Shown here piece after piece: positions 25,901 to 37,580 of a stretch of 64,000 nt of DNA. How positions within the stretch are numbered: position 1 is the stretch's first letter; each line of letters opens with the position of its first letter. The notes beneath the pieces were generated by a model that did no database searches, was not told the DNA's origin, and saw nothing but the letters and a program-made list of their open reading frames with translations. Source of the DNA: Eukaryota sp. TZLM1-RC (lineage: Eukaryota; Protista; Metamonada: BaSk clade); contig JAUPSS010000004.1 in assembly GCA_040285825.1 (NCBI GenBank), positions 2,584,550 through 2,648,549 on the forward strand, written 5' to 3'. Made by a program: the position numbers and the translations under genes.

Positions 25901-26724
25901 GGAAAATCTTTTATTATTAACAACATAAGCTATCTATAAAGAGCCATTCCAATAATGAAGCAATGGCAAATGAAGAAATTCTAAAATATGCACCTACTTA
26001 AAGCGAAAATAAACACCCCTAGTACGTTTTAGTGGTTTAACTTCATCTAAATCTCCCATGAATCTTTGGGATATTTCCGAACTTGGAATTACATTCAATT
26101 CACAGACACTCCAATCTGACATTATCGTTTATGATTAGATCTTTTTGCGGATGTCATCAAGCTCTCACTACAAACAAGATGTCACTTCTCAATCTTCATA
26201 TATTCACTCAGTTTTCTCTCCTTCTCCGACATTTGAATGGATGCGGGTTGTTGAAATCAATCCTAATTCTTTAGAATCAACTGAACTATCGACACAGGTC
26301 TTTGGTCATGAAATTCTTGATCAATCTACATTCAAGCTTTATGATTCCATTTGTGGTGATTTCACTCAAACATTCCCTCAGAACACAATGATTGTTTCCA
26401 ATTTGTTTCTCGTGATCACCATCTCGTTTCTCCCTTTGGTTATTTCTCAGTCAGGAAGTACATTGATTGCGATTTCTATTACAAGTTAAACAACAATGAT
26501 TATTTCCTTTCTGCACTAGAAGCAAAAGGATCTGGCCAGTTCAACGGCAGGAGAATATTAAATTGTATTCGACAGTTCTTGTATTCAACGTTACATTCTT
26601 TTGTTAGTTCCACCTTTCAATTTTCCTATTCAAAGCCTTTCTATTGACTAGTTGTTGGAACTCGACCATCAAAACAATGCTGAACAAGAGGGAACTATCT
26701 GCACAGGGGATTTAATTTTAATCA

Positions 26725-27033
26725 AAGTTGTCCATTGATGATCATTTAATAACGGACCATATACATTTGGAATATGGGAAATGAGACAACTTGAGCTACT
26801 TTCCTTAAGATCAATTGAAAAGTTTTCAAAAACGGGATTCTTTTCTTTAGCCAAGCTAAGACGAACAGTGAAATCCAAGTTTTCAAGAACTTTCAATATC
26901 TTTTTCTGCAATTTAGCATATGCAAGTTTCAAGAAAATCAAACTCCAGGGTGGAATTTCTTGAATATCAGCAGGAAAGCATTTGGACCAAATGTGAGGAG
27001 AGAGGCATTCAATTCTATTCTGCAAGTACACTA
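26725..27033 (-). repeat. Partial duplicate of CRE-like family 2 internal segment
   Basis: Near-identical to ~28085-28392 (SPHIWSKCFPADIQEIPPWSL...LLNDHQWTT). Confidence 0.9.
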
Positions 27034-27329
27034 AGAGATTGATATACGAAGACGACCTCGGAATACAGGGATCTGATTAAGACATGTTTCATAAGGAGAC
27101 GAAACCGATATTCAAGTGAACTTCCCTTATGTTGTTATGTATTCAATCCGAAAAATCTGTAGATCGAATTGTCAGATACCGTGAACGTCGCCGTGAATGA
27201 TGTTTTTGTGAAATATTTGGGGGAAGCTGAACAATTAGATTGCTGGATGGAGTTTCATTTTTCGTTTCAAATCAGTACTGTCTTTTCAATCTCTACAATA
27301 GTGGGACATTCAGGAATTTTGTTTTAAAA

Positions 27330-28510
27330 ATAAATTTATTTTCAACGCTAACAAAACATTAAACAAAAAACTAGAACTCAATATCCTCAATACACGCATC
27401 AACATCATCAAATCTTTTAAGCGCGCGATTTTCATACTATATTCCTAATTGTAACAGTGCTTTGGTCAACATTTCTGGAATTGCTTTAAGAATACTGAAA
27501 ACAATTCTATTGTGCCAGAAATTGAAGTTCAATTCTTTTCCTGCTCTTTCTTTTATTAAACTTCTGAAACCTTCAAGAAATTTAATGCCAGATATTCCAA
27601 TGTTACCAAAAAGAGAAACAGCAAATGGAACCAACTGATACTTAACATGCTCAAAACGTCCTAGCTGAGATAAGGGTTCATTGTACTTTTTGATTTTGCT
27701 CTTTTCAGCAAAGCAAAGTGGAGTTTCATCTCTTTTAGCAAAGTCAATTGCTGAGTCTTTACAAACATCAACAGTGACAACATCAACAGCTTTAATAACA
27801 CCATCAGACGCAGGGGTAATTAAATCAGCACGGCGCTTCCCAAAAGTATTTTCATTTTCATTTTCAGATGACAACCTTCGCACAAGTGGTTCAACAAAAG
27901 CTTCAATGTGATGGCCTTTGCACATAGCGTATAGTTGGTCTCTAACAGCATCGTGAACAACTGAGCGATATGTAATATTAAATTTGCAATTAAATAAATG
28001 ATTCAGATTAATGAGCTGACCACAACGACAAATTAAATCATTTGGCACACTACATGGCCACAGTAAACACCTCATCCTGAAGGCAGTTGTCCATTGATGA
28101 TCATTTAATAATAGACCATATACATTTGGAATATGGGAAATGAGACAACTTGAGCTACTTTCCTTAAGATCAATTGAAAAGTTTGCAAAAACGGGATTCT
28201 TTTCCTTAGCCAAGCTAAGGCGAACAGTGAAATCCAAGTTTTCAAGAACTTTCAATATCTTTTTCTGCAATTTAGCATATGCAAGTTTCAAGAAAATCAA
28301 ACTCCAGGGTGGAATTTCTTGAATATCAGCAGGAAAGCATTTGGACCATATGTGAGGAGAGATGCATTCAATTTGACTCTGCAAGGACACTAAATAGTCA
28401 CTAACTCAACATTCTATCAAATGCTGGTTTTCTGGAAAACGTTTCAAAAATTCAAAAACGAAATTTTTTCCTCCACCGATGAATGCGGCTTTACACAAAT
28501 ATTTTGATTT
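27330..28510 (-). mobile_element. CRE-like non-LTR retrotransposon, family 2 (Zn knuckle plus RLE)
   Basis: ORF 27437-28390: CRCG...HLFNC, RSVVHDAVRD, VEP, RADL, VDVVTV, KIKKY, LVPFAVSLFG. Confidence 0.88.
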
Positions 28511-28529
28511 GTGAAAATCCAGGAATTTG

Positions 28530-29150
28530 AGAAGAAGATAAGTTAGAATTTATGGTGGAAGCAAATGACTTCACCAAATTTGAGCAAATTTGCGTCCAAA
28601 CTAGTTTCTCTTGTCGTTGTTTCATCTGCTGCTGAAAGAAACTGGAGTTTATTTGGATTTATTCATAATTGATTGAGGAATCGTTTGACTGTTCAACATG
28701 TTTGTGATCTAGTGTATGTACATCAAAATTTACGTTTGCCGCGAAAACAACTAGATTCAAGGTTCCGTCCAGGTTATATGATCGATGGTGATTGTGAGGT
28801 AGAGAATTAATAGTCATAACTTTTTGTTCGTTGTTTGTTTTTTGCTGAGTTTATAAATTAATTTTTGATTTAATTTAGTTTGTTTGTTTGTTGTTGGACT
28901 AGTTATTAGAATAGAGATTGACTATTAGATATGGTGGTGATATATGGTGACGAGTAAAATCTGTGTGACGTATGCGTGATGGATACATCAGGTGCAACCC
29001 TAAATGAGAGGGTTCCGGTATTATTAGGTTTTGAACAACGGTACCTTTGTATTCAAGCTAGAGCCGTTTTAAGTGAAAGGTTGTTTTCAAAGACAGGAGA
29101 AACTGTATCAAGAAAGTGATGTTCACTTAGTGACTGTTGTAGTGTCAGCC
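28530..29150 (+). mobile_element. Two hAT transposase C-terminal fragments
   Basis: LWWKQ...SSAAERNWSLFGFIHN*LRNRL (28550-28690) and RFPVL...SERLFSKTG (29010-29100). Confidence 0.65.
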
Positions 29151-29159
29151 TGACACTAC

Positions 29160-31237
29160 AACAAACTTCCACTACACGAACTTCCTGTTGTCCTCTCCCC
29201 TCTTTCTGGATATCAACGATGGAATGGCTATCGTTTTTTTTCCGAACAAAATGGTAAGCGTCACTGTCTTCTGTGCCCTGGAATGTCAACCAGTTTTTCA
29301 GTTTCGACTTCTCAAACAGTACTGAAACGACACCTTGAAAAGGAACATCCCAACTGGACTAGTTCCATAAGGCAGCAGCAACCCACTTTAAAACTTTCAT
29401 CGTTCACTCCACTTCCCGCAACAGTCTTGTCTTCCGCAGAAGTTGAAACTGGCCGCAAGCTTTTGCTCAAGATGTTCATTCAGTCTGGCGCACCGTACTC
29501 GTTGGCGGACAACCCACATTTTCGTAACTTAATGAATTTCTATAATGAGAATACGGTGATAATGTCTTCATGGTCCATTTCTCGTTCCATTCGCAATGCT
29601 TTTTCCGAAATGCGTCCATCAATGCTGCAGAGGTTAGGTCAAAATAGACATTCCTATTCTTTGACGCTAGATTTATGGACTTCAAGAGCTAAGCGCCCTT
29701 ATCTTGGTATAACTGCCCATTGTGTTAGTGATGATTTCAACTTGTCATCTCTAACACTGGACGTTGTTAGAATTCCGCACCCACATTCAGCCGAAATAAT
29801 TCTTGCTTTTGTACAAGATGCTTTAAGGGATATCAACAGTGAAAACATAATATCCATTACTTTTGATGAAAGTTCTGAGAACTCTGATAATGCTGAATTG
29901 CTCGCCATTACATCTGACAATGCTGCCAATGTCAGAAAGGCTTTGAAACTTTTCACAGAAAAGCAACCAAAGCTGTTTCACAAGAAATGTATGGCCCATA
30001 TTTTGAATTTGGTTGTAAAAAAGGGTCTTGTGGTGGTTGATGGTCTTTTGTCGAAGATTCACAACTTTGTTAGACAATGCCATGTTTCTAGCAAGCTCTA
30101 CCAGTTACTGTGGGAAGAACTACAAGAACAAGGTCTTCAAAAGAAGACAATCCCTCTTGATACGGCAATTAGGTGGAACAGCACCTACTTGATGGTGAAT
30201 ACTTACATGAAGATTAAATCGGCTGTTACCAAACTATTGGTTAAAGAGGGAATGACGGCTCTCATAGTCACCGAAGAAAGAACTGAAGATTGAAGCTATT
30301 CTTAATCTTCTTGCACCTTTTTACGAATGTACAGTTTACCTTTCAGCTGCATTGCATCCTACCTGTGGTTTAGTGCTTATGCTTATAGACGGTCTGTATG
30401 CGCATCTCTATTCTTATCAAAACGAAGCGCAGATTATCCAAGAAGCAGCTTCTTTGATGCTAGGAAAGCTGGAACAGTATTTAGAAGAACTATACGACTT
30501 CCCTGCCTTTGTTTCGTCAATTCTTGATCCCCGTGTACGTCGTTTTGAAGGGCTTCATTTACGATTTCCTGACGATTTCTCTAGAAAATTACAAAATCTT
30601 ATCAATGTAAACTATGAGTCAATAGTCCCATCAGTGACAAATAGACAGCTTACCTTCTTGGAATCCTTTCTCAGAAGATCACACGCAGAAGGTGATGAAC
30701 TTTCCACTTTTCTATCCGAAGCTCCGGTTGACCTTTCGGTGAATCCACTACAATGGTGGAATGACAACAAACGTCGATTTCCTGTACTTTCTCAAATAGC
30801 AGCTGATTTCTTGGCTATCCAGCCAACTTCTGTACCCTGTGAACGGCTTTTTTCTCTAGCAGGGGATATGGTTTCTGAGAAAAGATGCTGTTTGGCTGAT
30901 GATTCCGTTCGTGCGGTTTTGTGCTTACGGTCATGGCTTGACAATGGATTTGATTTGATTTAATAATAAAGATGAGTGTTTTGTTCATATACAATTGCAA
31001 CATCACAATAAGTTTATCCTAAAACATAGACCTTGTTGTTTATATTTCATCCAAGGTGCTCTAAACGAAAAAAATTCACTCAGACTCATTAGTCGACTCA
31101 AGCTCGAGTCGAGTTTGAGTGTGACTCACCAGAATGGAGTCGGAGTCGAGTTGAACTCAGTCTATCCGAGTCGAGCTTGAGTACGACTCGAAAATGTTGA
31201 GTCGAGTCTGAGCGTGTTAGTCAAATGCTGGGGCCTA
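29160..31237 (+). mobile_element. hAT (Ac-like) DNA transposon with frameshifted transposase and intact right end
   Basis: BED-finger remnant, LTLDLWTS, ITSDNAAN, CMAHILNL, IRWNST, WWNDNKRRFP, SVPCERLFS; GAGTCGAG subterminal repeats at 31082-31210; terminus ...GCTGGGGCCTA. Confidence 0.9.
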
Positions 31238-31399
31238 GTGTCAGGGCTTCTGTATGTTAACAATCATGGTGGGAGTTCAGATCAATGTTGATGCTTTGCT
31301 TTTTATAGTTAGAGATTGTTTTCTAATAATGACCGGTTTATATTCAAAGTAAACAAACAAAGCGATTGTATTTTGTGAGCCGAGTCGAGTTCACTCAAA

Positions 31400-32018
31400 T
31401 CTTGGAACCTCTCCCACTTTTTGGAACTAAGACTTCTAATCGTCAACTTCCTCATAAGATGCTAGTAGCTCTCAAGTCTCCCACTGATCAACCAGACTCC
31501 TGATTATTGATCATGGTCACTTTGTAGGAACCTATGTGATTGAAAAACAACTAACTGACTCCTCCATCTTAGTGAAGAATCCTATCAACAATAACTCGCT
31601 TAAGACCTCCATTCGTTAGTAAAACCCTGTACCTCGTGATTACCAAAGGAAAATTTTGACTCTTAAATAGCTGCTGATAATGGACAACACCCCGTAGATG
31701 CCATTGACTTCATCGAAAATGATGAAGCGACCGTTATCTGGTCAGATGGAACCAGTACGGTACAACCTCTTGACTCGATCAAGAACACTAGTCCTTAACG
31801 ATACATGCTTCTCCACGATGATACCCCTAGAAAGAAAACCCGTGGAAAAAGAAAGAAAAGGTAGTGTTGGCATAAAGCTATATTTATGTAGTTTAGTTAT
31901 TGATGACGTGGCATTCGTTTATTTAGATTCATGTGCATTTACTCTTGATTTTCCTTGTAACATTGATAAACTCCTGTTCTCGTTTATAATGTTAGTTAAC
32001 AGTGTACCAAACCCAACA
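31400..32018 (+). mobile_element. 3' end of Ty3 element D: integrase/chromodomain remnant, PPT and 154-bp LTR (31865-32018)
   Basis: GHFVGTYVI, VIWSDGTSTVQPLDSI, RKKTRGKRKKR*; purine tract ending GGTAG, then TGTTGG...CCAACA. Confidence 0.7.
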
Positions 32019-32159
32019 CATAGAATATGGAAATACGCTGTGCAAGGCAACAAGCAGTTGGAAACTTTCAAAGGTAACAACAACACCTGATTTGCTGCTA
32101 ATTGCTCCATTCTGATGGTCCTACTGCGTTTAGTCCAGCAAAATAAACAATGAAAGGTT

Positions 32160-32560
32160 CGATCAACTCATCCACCAAGTAAAAAACATCATTCCCCTTG
32201 CGTTGGTCGATAACAAACAGAATTTTATTATGACTTCGGAGGTATCCTCTATTGGTATTGGAGCAGCTTTGTCCATGGAATTACCTCTTCCGCCAAACCA
32301 ATGGAAAAACCGATTTCTACAACATGTGTCATTGTTGTCACGCAAATTAACAAAAAAAAACAACAAAATTGGCCTACTAGTATACAAGAGCTATATGCCG
32401 TTGTTGAATCACCTCGCTATAAACCTCACCGCGAACTTCTTTTTGAACGTTGTTTTGAACTCCACACGGAACACCATAATCTACTCTTGCTCTTACTCTT
32501 TTTATATTTTCACCCTATATCATCTCCTTACTTTCGGCCCAAACAAACTAGACGATAGCA
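32160..32560 (+). mobile_element. Ty3 RNase H fragment
   Basis: IMTSEVSSIGIGAAL...LSRKL...QQNWPTSIQELYAVV...LHTEHHNL. Confidence 0.7.
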
Positions 32561-32649
32561 ACAGTTAGATAACATACGTAAGCTAATTGTTCTGAACTTT
32601 CAGGTAGTTTTTTGAATGCATTACCTTTTAATGCAAATTTCACTTTTTC

Positions 32650-35137
32650 TGATGAATTCATGTCTTATTTTCTGAATCTTCGATGAATTTTTAATAATTT
32701 TTATCATCAGTGTCCCAGATGTGGTTACACAAATCTCGGTTTAGACCATAGTTTTCAATGTAAAGGTGTTTCACGATGCATTAAAAACAGACATGATAAA
32801 GTTAGAGATTATTTATTAAATATCTCCAAATATGAAAAGGAAAAGGAATTTGAAATTGGTTTAAAAAAAATTTATTTAGATTTATCTGATCCCAAAGCCA
32901 AAATTGCGTTTGATATTACAATAGTTGGTGGTTTTGGAAATAAATGGCAGGATGCTTACTCTCAAGCATTTGCTACTAAAATAAGGAAATACAGTATTCT
33001 AAAAGAATACAATTTAATTTCAGAAACTGTTCCTTTAGTTTTTAATGTCCATGGGGGTTGGTACAAGAAAACTCAAGAAACATTTAAACGTTTTGGTTGG
33101 ATTGAGCTTTGTAGTGAAATTAGTTGTATTACCGTGTTTCCTAAAATTTTGGGCGCCAATAAAGTTGGGCGATTTGGGCGATCAGAAAAAAATCGCCCAA
33201 TTAATAGGCGCCCAATTTTTTCGTCATAATTCTGACCCTTGTTTCTAAAAATAGAACTAAGTGTTGTTTATAGATAAAACTGTTTCTATTCATCGTCTAC
33301 ATCTACCACCTCTACTGCATTTCCGTTGTTTTTCTGGAGACATGCTTCCATGTTCTCATCTACTTTCCTCCAACCAGCAGTAATCATGTCAAAGGCTTTT
33401 TCTTGCAATTTTGCCATTGCAATGAGGACCCAGCCTGAAAATTCATCCTTGACAACACTGGCCCTTACGTCAAGGACAACATCTCTAGGTAAGGCACCAT
33501 TACGCAATTGTTGTAGAGTCTGATCGCAGCAATAGTTTCCAAACAGTTCTTTTAGGATATCCTTGAATGGTTTGTTGATTGCAATGTCCAAAACTGAGAA
33601 TAGATCAGTTGCTGATTTAGGTATATAATAAACATCTATACCAATAGCGTTTAAAATACCTCTAACTTCGAAAGTCCTATGTGACCAATGGTGGTCCATA
33701 ACCAGAGCTGCTCTGTCACCATAGTCGTATTCATTTTTTTCGTCAATTGAGAGGTTTTCTCTCACTTTATAAACGTAATTTGCAACAATTTTTCTTACAT
33801 ATTCCTTAATTGTTTTCGCGTTTTGCCATTTTGTGGAGGTCTTATTTTTTCACTACTTTCACCAGCAAAGCAATTTAACCAATCATCAGGGAAATCAATG
33901 TTGGGCAATGATCTAGGACTTAAACCTTCAAATATTAGCTGAGGGGGTAAAAGTACACCAGATTTGGTTACTGTAAAAGTAACAGTACTACCTCTTTTAT
34001 CTCCTGAACCTGTGATTTTTATGGTTTCTGATCCTTTTTCAGCATAAGTGTAATCAGACAATGGGCACCACGGTGCAAGAATCTCATCCATCTCCAAAAC
34101 TAACTTTGGATTATATCTAATCAGCATATCAGACATCTCTTTCATAGACAATGCTGCTTCATAAGCTTCATTTTGAGAAAGATTTCTCGTCGTTGTTACC
34201 TTTCGTTTCACCCATTAGAGGGTGTTTTCCAGTATTCCTCGTGCCCAGCGTTCACTCAGAATTAGTCCACCACCATTTTCCTTCAGTCGGGCATCTAAAC
34301 CTGATGATTTCATCACTGCTCTGGCTAGACTTTGAATAATAACTGCAGTGACTCTGCCATTGGCTAGTCGAACAGCTTTAATTAAATCTATTAATTCCTT
34401 ATGTTGTTGAGTTGGTAGAAGTGTTGGGCGACCCCGTTGCTTTTCTCTTAAAAATAGCTGTTTTGTGGCTTCTAAAGCTTCTTCTTGGGTTGAATAAATC
34501 TCTATCAATTCTTGTAGAATAGAATTAAAAGTAGTCCGCCAATTCTTAACGGAAGTAGTTGTAAGTTTCAAGTTGCTATGATGTCGCACAGCTTGAGGCG
34601 CACTGCGTTGATTTCTGCGCATCCATAAAACAACTTCTAATTGCTGAGCTTTATCTACTATATTATACGTAGAAGGACGGTCCACAAGACTACTATCAGG
34701 GAAAGCAGATACAAGAACGCTATTAAGCTTATCTGGACTATTGGGGGGAGAAGTCATATTGTTGGAAATGTCTTCGACAGATGGGACACTTAACACAGAA
34801 AGTGCAGTAGTAGGAACAACAAAGGGTAAAAGTTTACTTTGAACAAGACGAGGTTGTTTTGTAGGTGGCGAAAAGACCATGCTAAATGATATGACAAAAA
34901 AGTTGGGCGATATGAAAAAAATCGCCCAATTAATAGGCGCCCAATTGTTTTGGCGTCAAAAATTTTAGGCGTCCAAAATTTTAGGAAACACGGTATTCAG
35001 AAAAATAGTTTTAGATGTAATCAAGCATTTATTTCTATTCTTCAAAGAATTCATGATGCTCGTAGGTTTTGGTAGTTTATGTTTTTATTTTATTTTTATA
35101 GTCTTTTCGTTCTTTTTCTTTTAGAAATTCAATAAAG
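32650..35137 (+). mobile_element. CRE-like RLE retrotransposon 3' fragment (family 3), split by a pogo insertion
   Basis: FHDALK, IAFDITIVGG, KIRKY, VPLVFNVHGGW before 33131; continuation and AATAAA after 34995. Confidence 0.6.
33132..34993 (-). mobile_element. pogo/Tigger DNA transposon, complete ends, inactivated transposase
   Basis: 26-bp TIRs CCGTGTTTCCTAAAATTTTGG(G/A)CGCC flanked by TA; CENP-B-type HTH, MDE, LVMDHHWSH, SVLDIAINKPFK; in-frame stop at 34215-34217 and a frameshift near 33.8 kb. Confidence 0.95.
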
Positions 35138-35139
35138 AC

Positions 35140-35347
35140 CTAAACATACGTGATTGAGTTAGAATAAATAAAAGCATACTTGAGTATGTTAATAATATGG
35201 GAATTGAATTGCCACCGCGGAAAAGAAGAAGAGTAAAGAACGCTCAACACTCTTGATAGTGGGTAGTGTAATTCCTCGTTGGTGCCACATGATCACTAGT
35301 TTTTGTATCGTCTATTGTGCTATAAAATATTCTATTCTTAAGCTACA
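35140..35347 (+). mobile_element. 3' tip of Ty3 element E with an 81-bp LTR (35267-35347)
   Basis: RINKSILEYVNNMGIELPPRKRRRVK resembles the integrase tail of element B; GGGTAG then TGTA...TACA. Confidence 0.6.
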
Positions 35348-35486
35348 GTGATTTTGAATTGAAAGGAAACCAAATAATATAAACTCAACATGATTGGAGT
35401 AGTTTCAATAAATAATGTTGATTGAAAACGGTAGATTGTCTCTCCTTAAAAAATGGACAAAGAAAAATAAGCAGATAAAGATTAAC

Positions 35487-35667
35487 TAACGTGTAAACTA
35501 TACAGACACACGGAATTCAATCTTACTTGACCGTAATCAGTCCACCACAGTTAAAAACTGATTGATTGATGATAACTCAGTCGTTCATGTATTTATTAAT
35601 TGAGACTGATAATAAAGAGAATTACTCTCAATATTGTGCAAACCCTCTGATATAAAAACCAACCTAT
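35487..35667 (-). repeat. Conserved ~180-bp non-coding element, copy 1
   Basis: Inverted homolog of 41860-42040 and 61801-61961. Confidence 0.85.
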
Positions 35668-36202
35668 TTTGCAAAAGATACAGAATAGACGCAAATATAA
35701 AAATAAAAAAAATAAAAAGATTAGAGAAAATATGTAGATAAGAAACAAATAACAACTGAGAAACTAACGCCTGAAAGAATCATTTGATACAACGTAAATA
35801 GATTGTTAATTCTTGAATCAAACCCCATTTAGTGGCTCTAATTACCAGGAATAATTAATTTCAAGAGATTTTAAAAAGCAATGTGTCTCGAAAATAATCT
35901 CAACAGGGGAATAATATAAGGAAGTGACAGGAAAGTCAATAAATTTAGTGGAACGAACACATTTGGTCTATTATTGAGTGTTATATACAAAAACACAGAA
36001 GACAACCTTACAATCAAAAAATTTCAAAAGAACTATCGAAATTGAAAACAAAGTTCCGATCATTATGGTGAGGAAAACTTATAAAACAGGAAAAAATAAT
36101 TATAATTGAGGTAAATTAACACAAGGTCTGATCATTTAACAACAGATCCCCCACCATTGAAGAGTATGAAATAAACAACAAGAAATAACAGATAAATCCA
36201 AA

Positions 36203-36243
36203 CCATAAACCTAACCATAACCTAACCCTAACCCTAACCCTAA
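36203..36243. repeat. Short interstitial telomere-like (CCCTAA)n tract
   Basis: A few perfect CCCTAA units preceded by degenerate CCATAA/ACCTAA units. Confidence 0.7.
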
Positions 36244-36979
36244 TGTCATCAATGATAAAGTCGTCATTCGAATACTAAATGACTGACCATAATGATAAAA
36301 CAATGAGAGTAAATCTTTGAGATAAGTGAATGAAACAGATAATAAGAGTGGTTCTGCAACGATGTGGATCAGATAGAGACAAGAAATGGGTGAACATTAA
36401 GGATAGCTGCTGCTTATGAAGAAGCACATAACAACACGAGAATTCTCGTGACTCTGACCTGGAGAATAGTGCTTGAACACGAGTATTCGTGGAATAACGA
36501 ATATGTGTGGTCGTTGCAAAGAAGGATGAGGGAGATGACAAAGGAAGAAATTCAGCTGTTGTGAGAAGTAAGAAAGAATAGTAAGAAATAAATGGTGTAA
36601 TTGTCCCATTTTTGTTTGGTGTTGAGGAAGCATTGGTGCTTGAAATCACTATGAATGCAGTTACATCCGATGTAGTGATTGAAGAGATTGAAACTCGCTT
36701 CCATCTGCGGGTCAAAACTACAAGGCAATTACATTAAATAGAATAACAGAGTGGTTAGTGTATATACATTACTCGAAGAAGAAAGGGTTATTGAACAACA
36801 GCATCTTAGAGATTTGCTACAAATTCTACATTGAAGCTCACTATTGTTCAAAAGTAATTGTTATGAATAGAGATGATAAGAACTGAAGTCAAATGAAATG
36901 AGTGGAAGCAAAGGTACGGATTGTAGTTGTCTGAAAATGATGATATTGCATGTGGTGATCGTTTTCATCATCTTAATTC

Positions 36980-37495
36980 AGCATTATATTGTATCATTTT
37001 GATGCAACAAAATTGGGTGTATATTACCCCATTTGGGAAAACGTTGCGAATTTAATGAACCTAAGTCAGTTGAAAGGACCTTGTATTATTGCAAATAACA
37101 CTTTAGTTCAAAGAAGAAAACTTAATCCCGTAAATGCTCAAGAATTTTAAGCTAAAAAAACATGGAAAAAATTACAAAGATATTGAAGAAGATAATGCTG
37201 ATAGAAATAGACCACTTGTTTCTATTGCCTTTTCTTTTTCTATAAGCGGAAGTCTATCAGTAGAGGCAGAAACTTTTTCGATTGATTTCAAAAACAATCA
37301 AAACAATAAAAAGTTGTGATATCTTTTGATGGCGTTCTCGGATTCAATTTGCCTCTATCAATAGATTTCCTCAGTTTTCAATCAAATTAGACATGCCTTA
37401 GCTAGATCACGCAGATCAAGATTTTGTAGGGGAAATCATGATTCAATGGATTTCGTCCCATTAGTTATGAGTTTATTTTGTTATGGTCGCAAGTT
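36980..37495 (+). mobile_element. CRE-like family 1 derivative
   Basis: Matches the 3' end of 19174-20690 and 25370-25900. Confidence 0.8.
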
Positions 37496-37580
37496 CAAAG
37501 ATTCATGTTGAGTAAGTTGCTTAAAATGTAACAGCATAGTGAAATATATCAAATCACCCTTCTGTTTTTGTGATTGCCAG

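Noticed and set aside
37539-37580. GTG start of the VPS9 ORF given in the ORF track
   Set aside because: In a eukaryotic gene the first ATG at 37581 is more plausible; the upstream sequence is UTR or intron.
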